From Microbotryum violaceum (lineage: Eukaryota): 64,000 nt of DNA. Both the position numbers and the translations under genes were made by a program. A model generated the notes under the pieces. The model searched no databases, had not been told where the DNA came from, and saw only the letters and a program-made list of their open reading frames with translations. Within the stretch, counting starts at the first letter, position 1. Each line of letters begins with the position of its first letter. Shown here in pieces: positions 52,543 to 64,000 of this stretch. The stretch spans positions 930,001 through 994,000 of the forward strand of contig CDLV01000013.1 in assembly GCA_001244265.2 (NCBI GenBank). The letters are read 5' to 3'.

Positions 52543-53080
52543 ATGAACGTGGTACAAGAATGACCTCGAATGTGATCCCAAAGTCCGCATCGATGTGATC
52601 CCAAACTCCCTCCGATGTGGGCCGAGATTGGCCGTTCTCGGGACCCCAGTGTTCTGTTATTCACGCCATTAACCTCCGTTAACCTAATTCGACTCTCCTG
52701 ACCACTCGCGCGAGTCTTAGCGGAATAGTGGTTCGAATTGCAGCAAGACGAAGGAGAACATTGGTGGTGTAGGAGTTGTTAAACAAATACCTCAAGCGGT
52801 GAAAACCCAGCCTTCTGGGAAAAACCGCAAGAGATTGATCTAAACGGAAGAGAGTCCGAACTTCTTGGTGATACACAGGGATGGTGGGCGGGATGACAAT
52901 TGGCAGCTTTGCGACCCAAGCTTCTGGATTTTAGTCGGCTACAACTGATGATGGAGCAAGTCCACTGATCGTCTCAGCATACCTTTGCGACAAAGGCAAT
53001 AAAGACAGTTGGGGCGCGGTTGGTAGGACCCCGAAAGCCCAACCAGAGGCGCATGCGGAAAAACGCCCTTTTTTTGGCCT

Positions 53081-54906
53081 TTACCCTAACTAGTTACCCT
53101 AACTAGTAAAAAAAAAGTGTGGGTTAAGGAATGTACCTAAAATCGCTGTTTTTTACTAGGTTGCGGCCCTCCGGGCCGCCTGTGGTGGATGTACCAGCAT
53201 ACTGTTGTGTCTGCCGCACCTGCCTGTGGTGTCCATGTTCCGATCAGAAGTCATGTACAAGCGCTGTGGTGACTTTTGTATCTTCCGCGCCGTTCCAACG
53301 AAGCTACAGCGCTCCCAGTATTTTCCTTCTTTTTTTCGCTCACATAAAACAATACTTCCACTCATATTACATTTAATGAACCGCAAGCGCGTGGCTTTGC
53401 ATGATATTGCTTCTACAGCAGAGCTCTGCCTGACGTGCGAGGCGAGGGCTGGCGTTTGTCACGTGATGCGGTGCGCCGGCGGTGGAGTGTCATTCCGGCA
53501 GTCGACCAGCGGCATTAGGGGCTGAACAACCAATTTGCCCGTATGGCATTCGACCAGCGGCATTAGGGGCTGAACAACAAATCAAACCACGTAAATAATC
53601 CTGCGCCACTCCCTCGAACCTTTCCTTTCTCCCTCCCACTCTCATCTAATTTTAGTGACACTCATTCAAGAACAAACCCTCGCTGCTATGTCCCGGTCCC
53701 AAGGTCGCCAGGGACTCAGGGAGGGCCATCGCAGCCTCGCCAAGTCTTGGGCGCGAGGGTAGCGCCGTACCATGGGCTACCATGGGCCTGCTCGAGCGCC
53801 CGCTGCTGGGTGCCCCGCGGCTCGACCGCGGGTTGGGATACAGCCAAAGAGTGGGTCCTACCAGGCCGAGACCGACGCACCCACAACCTTCCTACGTCAA
53901 GCACGGAAATGGCGATGCTTATCTGCGATTCCGACACCAACACCGGAGATCGTGGACCGCAAGACCTTATTCTCCAGGTGCACGGTGATTGATGTCCCGA
54001 TGGTCGGCCCAAGTACCAAACCGTTAGCTCGCTCCATCCGTCTGCGATGCCTCTCCGGTACCCACTACTCTTCCCCGCGGGGAAGATGGCTTCCACCCCA
54101 ACATTCCTCTTTGCGGTTCGATCGAGTTGGGCCACTCTTCGCCAAAAGACAGCAACAAAGAAGGTGAGGACGAGGAGGAAGGGGACAAAAAGAACGGTGA
54201 TGGTGAACATAAGCATCTTTGGCTCCTCCTCGGGTGTTCCCATTCTGTTAAGGCGCGAGCACAGACTGATATTGATTGTTTGAACACCTACGACGACGGT
54301 CAAGTAAAGGGGGTCAAGGTGGTGAGTCTCGCGTTCACAAATCCTTTGCGTTCTACTTGCACAAACGCGACAAGCCCGCATGGCACTCGACGTCCCTTCC
54401 CGGCGTTCGTGATCGAAAGATACTCCCAGGCTGAGGCCGATCGACTCAACTACATCCAGTTGCATGAAGAAAACCTACGCCTCACCACGACCCAAGGCAT
54501 CAACGGACTAACCCCGGACCAAACTGGATGCTCGATGACTTTGGGCTCGATGTTCAAGAATAGACCGCGCGACATCATGCAGCGATACCAGGATGCGATG
54601 GCGTGCGTTGTCAAACATGGAAAGCCTCCGCTGCTCATCACGATGACGTGCGTTCCTGAATCACCGCAAACCAAGGCTGCACTGGGGCCGAATGACAAAG
54701 CATGCAACCGTCCGGATCTCATTGCACGAGTGTTTGAAGCCAAGTCTGGCAGCAAGCGACATGCAGGCTGTTTTGGCGATGAATGTAGGATGAATGGATT
54801 TTGTTTCTTCTTCGTATTGGGGTTTTTAACCTGAAATCGCGTAGACTGTACAATTATCCTGCTATTTGAATTTCATCCTCCCGTTAATTTAACGGGTTCC
54901 CACTGG
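53081..54906 (+). mobile_element. Helitron derivative 3 (internally deleted), inserted just inside the left TIR of the P-like element
   Basis: Rep N-terminal motifs plus 3' hairpin cccgttaatttaacggg + ttccca + CTGG|T at 54880-54907. Confidence 0.9.
53688..54745 (+). pseudogene. Helitron Rep/helicase N-terminal fragment (Helitron_like_N)
   Basis: HNLPTS..EMA, YPLLFP/GEDGFHP (frameshifted), RLNYIQ, PRDIMQRYQDAMACVVKHGKPPLLITMTC, NRPDLIARVF; truncated before the HUH motif; no PIF1 helicase. Confidence 0.9.
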
Positions 54907-55384
54907 TTTTGGCGAAGTTTTTTACCCTATTTTGGCCCCAAAATGTCAAAATTTCGCATGCGCCTCGGAAATATTATCAAAATGTGTTCTACATGCTCCA
55001 AAAGTCGCTCAAAAGTCCTCGAAAACGCGTTCCGAGCGTATGCGGGCGCTGCCGCGGCCTATCGAAAGTGGCTTGCGGCGGTGCCCGCAATGTCTTCGAA
55101 GCGAGATGGTCCCATGGACTGCAGTAACCCTTTCAAGACGCGTGAATGTACTGCACTGCGTCCTTGCTCTGTATTGCTAATCTCTAAGCCTGCCTCTCCG
55201 CGACTTGTGTCGCTCAATTACATTGGCCTCCCTTTGAGTAGAACAGCTCTGAGGTGGCTACACTCATGAGCAGCTCGATGGGCAATCAAGCTGGCCCAGT
55301 TCAGCGAGAAACTGGTATCGCGAGCATCAACAAGCGGCGGAAGTTTCAAGTGTGTAGGCTGTATAGTACCGAAGATGCATGAGT

Positions 55385-58300
55385 TCAGATCGAAATTACG
55401 CTAGTTAAGCTTGGTAGACGCACGATTGGACGTAATGAGCTGTTTGCCTTGTCAATGGTCTCGAGTACGTAGCGTTCCTCAGCTTGTCTGTCAGCTTCGT
55501 CGTAAGCGATTTGCACGTCGAGTCTGGCCAATGAGAAAGGAGAACAATATGAGGTCCGGATTAAAAGGTAGAAGAACGCTTCAGCGCACGTGGCACAATG
55601 AATTGTCCACTCACAAGGCTGCCTCAACGTCAAAGTCCAGAGCTGGCGATCGAATTGCACGGTCGACAGCTTCCCGCTCGTTTGGGTCCAGTTTCACAAC
55701 ACCTTGGCACGTGCTACGCCGCATGCCATCAAGAGCAGAATCCAGCAATTCGGTGCGGAGCAGACCTTGATCTTCCTTGGTAGGATGATGGTCTTCAAGA
55801 TCTACTTCAAGTGGGCATGGTATCCCGTGTCAGATACGCATCACTTGTAGACCAAGTCGTTCGGAACTACCTTGAACTGTTGTGCCATGGGCGAGTACGT
55901 CCTCGACGAGTATGTCAGGTTGCGGACCTTGGTTGCGTCTGTTGGACGCGATGCGGTGCACAGGCTCCCACATGCGTAAACCTGAAAGCAGTTCACGTGC
56001 AGTATTTGCCGCTGCAAAACTGGTGAGAGAGATGTCGCCATCACTGGGGTACGTTCGCATCGCAACAAGGTCAAGATCGTCGAGGTCGTTGTAGGTATAA
56101 TGGTAGCCTTGACGTGATCCCGCCGCTTCGGTCTTAAACTTCCTCATGAGCTCCAAGAGTGCAGTGACTTTGCCAGTTGCCTGTTGGATTCTAGCCGGGT
56201 TAACTACTGTATAGATTAGATTAATTTATGAAGAACGCACCTGCAAGAACTCTAGAGCATCGAACTCCTTTACAATCTGGCGTATACCCCGAAGAAGTGC
56301 TCCACCATTTCTGTGCCATGCCGCCAGGGAATGAACGATTCTTTCGGCCAAAAATCTCGGTAGTTGCGGACGAGAGCAATCGTTGAGTCAACCATCTTCC
56401 TGACCCCATCAAGCGTTTCTTTGGCGAGGAACGAGTGAGAGCTAGATCCGGGGCGACTTCGGACAAAGTCATACCACGCCTCGAACGTATATCTGACAAC
56501 GAGCAACATCCTGATACGTTCAAGGGGCTGAAGCGACCGGTTCTGGATGGCATCGTGTAACTCGCCACATAAGAAGAGATATACGACCGCATCGGGGTCG
56601 AGTTTTTTGTCTTCAGCGAGTTCGGTTACGAGTTCGAGCGTCGCCTTGGAGAATGCCCGATGTGTTGCATTGTCGTCTTGACGATCACGCCCGACCACAT
56701 CACGACGAGACAGAGTACGACGCGACTCCAGTCCGCCCAGTATGGTGAGCATATCCTGGTAGGCAATGCATCCGAGACCACCGAACAGCAATCTTGCTCC
56801 AGAATCGATAGCGTTCCTCAGACATTTGGCCAGGCGTTTTTCGTCCCGACAGAAGACTATCGGCGTTCCCGCGACGTTGACGGTCGATATAGTGATCTCA
56901 GGAAACACTCCGTCCGGATCTGGGGAGGGGAGGGTGTATGATGACGCGTTCCTTGATCCGGTTTGAGCAACAGCGCCACCCTGATCGCGCAGAAGGACGG
57001 CAACATTACGTTGCAGCACACCCTCGCTTGCAGCACCATCTGCGGAGATGAATACCAGAAGGTGTGCGACGCAACGTTTTATTAATTCTTGTATCACTGA
57101 ATGTAACTGTTCGGTCGCGTCCTCCGCGTTCGTAGTTTCGCCGATCACAAAAGCGGCAAACACCTGTGCTGGGGAGCCAACATCGTTCGGTGCTATCATG
57201 TAAGCTCGGATCTGAATGAAGAGGCGACACATGTTAAAGCCTCATGGAAATGAAGTACAAACTTAAAAGAATCATTGCCACTCACTTTGGTTCCAGCAAC
57301 CGGGGGTCAGGTCCGCTGAACATTTCAGGGAGTTCACCCGGAGTTTCGTAGATGCGTGGCGGACCAATTGATCCGATCAGCTCGTGGCGGAATATGCCCT
57401 TCGTACGTAGTTCGCGCTCTAAACTGAGGTCTTCTGAGTAGTATGGAGTGGTTCGCATCCTGGATCGACACTTCGTGTCGTCTACGTGCAAATTGAACGT
57501 TAGGCCGTCTGCTTCGAGTTTCGCGCAGACACGATCCATGTTGGACTTGTCGAGGCCGAGGCGCATCCTGCCTGATGTCGCTCGGTCCATTCTGCAAGCA
57601 CCTCGATCATTCAGTATGAGGTTGAATTGAAGGAACGAAAGAATGACGGTACTCACTGCAATTTTCGGCTTGTGGATGCGCCGATTGTAGCCTGCAGCAC
57701 TCTCAGAGCCATCGGAGACGCCAGCGCCATGGCTTGCTCGAAGTCACGCAGCGCTTCGGACCGCACAAAGCCTCGCATTGATTTGCCCTTGACCATCCGA
57801 GCGTGCTTGACCGTAGCCGCTTTTACCAATCCCTCCAAGATGTTCGCTCCGTCAAATTCTCCTGAGGCCACACCTTGCGCGAATCGTAGATACACGGCCC
57901 CTTGACCGTTGTCATCCAGGATCTCTTCTAGTCCAAGATGTCGCCGGTAGATGGCCGAGAGAAGTGTATCGCCCGCGACATATTTCTTGTTGGTGTATTT
58001 GCGAGTTGCGCCAGCAGCATGTTGACGTCGAAGAGCTGCTCGACAGGATGAATCCTTAGGAAGCCTCGCGCATTCTTCACCCGGTAAGCTTGGTCCGTCC
58101 TTGTTGATCGAATCTCGAGCGCTATACTTGCGACAATTCACACTGATGATGCGCGGTGCTCGATGATCGTTGCGCCACTTCCATTCATTCGCTTCCAATT
58201 TGTCCACCTCCTTCCTCTCGAACTCCGTCATTGGTCGTTTACCAATTTTGGGATAGAGGCGCAAACAAAGCGTCCGTCGAGGAGGGGCCCCGCCACCCTG

Positions 58301-60077
58301 CGCCGCAGTTGATGAAAGATAATGCATCGCCGTTTCAGACGTAAGGCCGGGGCACGGTCCTAGCGAGGGCCTGGTAGCAGTCGAGCCAGAGGCGATAGGT
58401 CTGAAGAAATTGCTGATGGGTTGGAGGTTGACACATTTCTTATTGCCGAGATGTAATTGAAATCGTGCCTTGCACAGCAAGGCCGCCATTGGAACCAAGA
58501 CATAACAACGTCCACACCGCACGTACTTTGGATTGTTGACGTCGACATTCGATCCCGGGCAAAGATCTTCGACTTTTTCAGCAAACCTCCTGAAAAGAGG
58601 CGGATGGTCGCGAGCCCACGTCATATGCTCCTCGGGGTGAGCTCTCGAGCTTTCGTCGGCTTCGATGCCTTGGTGAAGGTCGTTTGAAGTCGAGAAGTTG
58701 GCGGGTTTTTTGAGGATGATGCGACTCGTTGATTTGTTGGCTTGATTGTCGCTGCCTTGCCGGACTCTGCCGACGTGCTCTTGCTGCTCAGTGTTCCGGC
58801 AGCGGATCCCCTCCCAGACTTTGCCTTTAATTTTGCGCCCGTGGCAACGATGGATTCGATCTCTTTGGGATCCTCGACAGCACCAACCAGAGAGGATAAA
58901 CGACAGAATTGACGGAGCCGTGACATGTGAGCGCGCGCTGCGTTGAATGACCCAATCTCGAGCACCTCCGTCTCCACTGCATTGATCGTAGCCGGCCAGC
59001 ACGAGTAGCTGTCTTCCTGTTGTTCCGCCTTAGGAGTATGAGGGAACTCGTTTTTGATGTCCAGCTTCAGAAATTTGAATAGCGTAAGGACGGCCGTCCG
59101 AGTAGCCGCGGTGATCGGAGTGGCGGAGAGTGAGTTGATCACAGACCATGTCCGCTTGTGCATGTTGATGCGGGCCAGGACCCAATGGCTGTCGGAGCAG
59201 AGGGGTAGAAACCAGATTGACTTTGAAGTCGGCGTGTTGCGCATGCAATCGCCTAGCTCGATGAGATTCCGATACTGGTTTGGCGGGCCGAAAAAGCAGG
59301 CTTTGAAGACCGAATGAGGATCCGAGTCGGGAGGGCGAGCCTTTACCAAGGAGATGACGGTGGAGGGTATAAGTCCATACGATGTTTCGAAATCGGGATT
59401 CTGCACTCGTCCAGCTCGAAGGACGCTTTCAATTGACAAGTTCACCGCGGCTTCACCGAGCCAATCATGACCTGGGTAGAGACGCGAATAAGCAAGTTGC
59501 CTCAGATACGAGATGAATACGAGTGGCCAGCTGAAGGATTGGTGTACTGACTTAAGAATCTCAGGAGATAAACCAAACTCGTTCCACTTGCAAGAAGAGG
59601 CAATGGTAGAAGCCCGTCTTGCTCTTGCCATTGCAATCCGTTCAGTATGCGACGTGCGACAGCGATACGGTTGCGGTCAATTTCGTTGATAACGATAATT
59701 TTGTCCATCCATCGTTGAGCTCGCAGCGCCCAGCTTTGAACGTCTTTTGCTCGGTCGTACTCTGACCATAGCCGATCGGCGCCGAGCGGCAAACACGTCG
59801 ACCCGACGGCCAAAGATCGATATCTTTTCTTGCGTGCATTGATCAGAGCATCGGTAGCGAGAAATGCGTCTCTGGTCTGAAGAGTCGGGTAGGGTAAGTT
59901 CGAATACTGGGTGGGCTCGTCTTTGGACAACTCGATGTGAAGAGACGCGTCGGCGGGAGCGACATCGAAGGCGAGAAGCTCGGCAACCGTCACGTTGGTG
60001 AGCGGCAATAATCGATCAAAGTCATCGTCGTGCAAATAGTAGTCCTGATCTTCGTCAAGAAACAAGCATGGAATCAT
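55385..60077 (-). pseudogene. Ulp1-like protease + Cys-rich region + P/THAP9-like DDE transposase, spliced and frameshifted
   Basis: SHW..INSL..QQEDSYSC (C48-type triad); RCGRC..HLGNKKC; LHVDDTK; SADGA; DEKRLAKCLRN; RDRQDD; TEMVEHFFG; GT-AG introns; frameshifts near 58620 and 56285. 3' end approximate. Confidence 0.8.
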
Positions 60078-60810
60078 TTCGTCGTGCTATGCTCCAGTGT
60101 CAGAACGAAGTGAAGCGGAACGGAACCTCAGGGGCCCCGTCATTTTTATCTTACTCGATAGGGGTATCTAATCCCTAATATTCTTTAACAGCCACTGAAC
60201 TAAAGTGATCAGCGAAAATGGCTAGTGACTTGTTCAAGCGCGAGCATCGCGAAGCGCGTTTCGACAAACGGGCCCAAAGCGATGCCGTAGGCTGCTCAGG
60301 GTAGGCCAAAATTGGGCCGACTCGGAAAATGTCAAAATCTGTGCATGCGCCTCGGGGGCGAAACGTGTGTTTCGTCCCAAAATGTCAATTTTTTGCGATG
60401 CGCCTCGACGATTTTCAGGATTTTGGGTCCTCAAAATGTCAAAAAAAAAAGCGCCTCCGGCTGGGCTTTCGGGGGTCCTCGGTTGGTGCAAAGGACAGCA
60501 AAGGGTCTGCTGAGAGATATGCGATTTAGCTCGTTGCCCAACAAGGGCCTGGAGCAAAATGCCCCCACAAAGAATTTGCAGGGATCCAAGTGCAAAGTAC
60601 ACCGTGCAACAAGCTTGGGTGTATCGAAGCACTTACCCCGAGCTACTCATAGTGAGCCACGTCGGGGGTTTCATACCGAGCTGCTAGCAGCTGTGAACGT
60701 CCGGCAAGATTGAACTCTCGATCAGCGACCTCGTCAGCTGGGAGGTAGTCTTGGGAGTGAGGAACGCACCTGTCCCTACAGGTGGTGAACGCAGCCACAG
60801 AAGCTGGTAA

Positions 60811-61023
60811 GGAAACGTCGACAACGCAGTGAAGGCCCGAAAGGGAACGTGCGTTGCAAGTACCGCCGGTGGGCTCGCGTGTGGGAAGCACAGCTATAGC
60901 ATCCACCGGGGGAAACGTCGACAACGCAGTGAAGGCCCAAAAGGGAACGTGCGTTGCGAGAACCGCCCGTGAGCCCGCGTGTGTGGGAAGCACAGCTAAA
61001 GCAGGCTATAGCATCCACGGGGG
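60811..61023. repeat. Tandem duplication of a ~100-bp unit
   Basis: ggaaacgtcgacaacgcagtgaaggccc.aaagggaacgtgcgttgc...gctatagcatccac at 60811 and ~60912. Confidence 0.9.
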
Positions 61024-61333
61024 AGAGAGGGTCCGTGCGCGAAAGCCTGAATCGGCGCGTCAAATCCTTGCAGCAAAAGCCGAAAAGACCATGAGCAGAC
61101 GACAATCATTGCTTTGGCCGGGTTGTGACCGAACTTCGAACACACAAAGGCTCGCATGTTCGGGTAACCGGGCAGTGATAGCAAAGACTGGGATGTTTCG
61201 TATTGCATTCTCCCTGTTTCGACCTGCCTCAAGGAAATCGGGACTACAGCCTTCAACGCGGGTTCCCCCGCCGAGCGGGAGCACGAGCAATCTCCCCACC
61301 TCATTCCCAACGCCCAAGTTCACAATGTAACAT

Positions 61334-63921
<2,588 letters not shown>

Positions 63922-64000
63922 TGCAGAGGGGAGGCGAAGCGGATCAAAAACATCGTCAGTACGCCCGGATATGCCACAACATCAGTCTCGTCGACATGCG

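Larger units (their letters stand above)
53025..60479 (-). mobile_element. P-element-like DNA transposon with ~29-bp TIRs and 8-bp TSD, carrying a nested Helitron
   Basis: Left end aggaccccgaaagcccaaccagaggcgc; right end reverse complement aggacccccgaaagcccagccggaggcgc; CGGTTGGT at 53017-53024 and 60480-60487; internal DDE transposase gene. Confidence 0.88.

Noticed and set aside
53502-53579. 29-bp direct repeat tcgaccagcggcattaggggctgaacaac x2
   Set aside because: Simple local duplication inside Helitron 3; no sign of separate function.
60326-60457. Regularly spaced ~29-bp repeats with unique spacers as a mini-CRISPR
   Set aside because: Degenerate, only three copies, continuous with the TIR; better explained as transposon subterminal sites.

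Overview
Eukaryotic, intron-rich, GC-rich fungal DNA; gene structure and content suggest a basidiomycete yeast (inference). Bases 1-40255 are a compact block of housekeeping genes: BST1 (partial), MED13, an FAH-family hydrolase, a MARVEL protein, NSR1/nucleolin, a CHK2/DUN1-type FHA kinase, an LRR-RhoGEF-PH protein, a beta-helix protein, IMP4, ELP4, a TMEM53/DUF829 protein and hypotheticals. Bases ~40300-61300 are a ~21 kb nested transposon island, followed by actin, which runs off the right edge. The island holds a long-TIR Mutator-like element, scrambled DUF3435-like tyrosine recombinase fragments, three Helitron derivatives sharing a hairpin+CTRR 3' end, and a solo-LTR-like repeat. Most notable is a fully bounded 7.45 kb DNA transposon (53025-60479; ~29 bp TIRs, exact 8-bp TSD CGGTTGGT) whose decayed gene joins a Ulp1-like cysteine protease to a P-element/THAP9-like DDE transposase. 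All calls come from reading motifs by eye; no searches were run, and exon boundaries are approximate unless stated.
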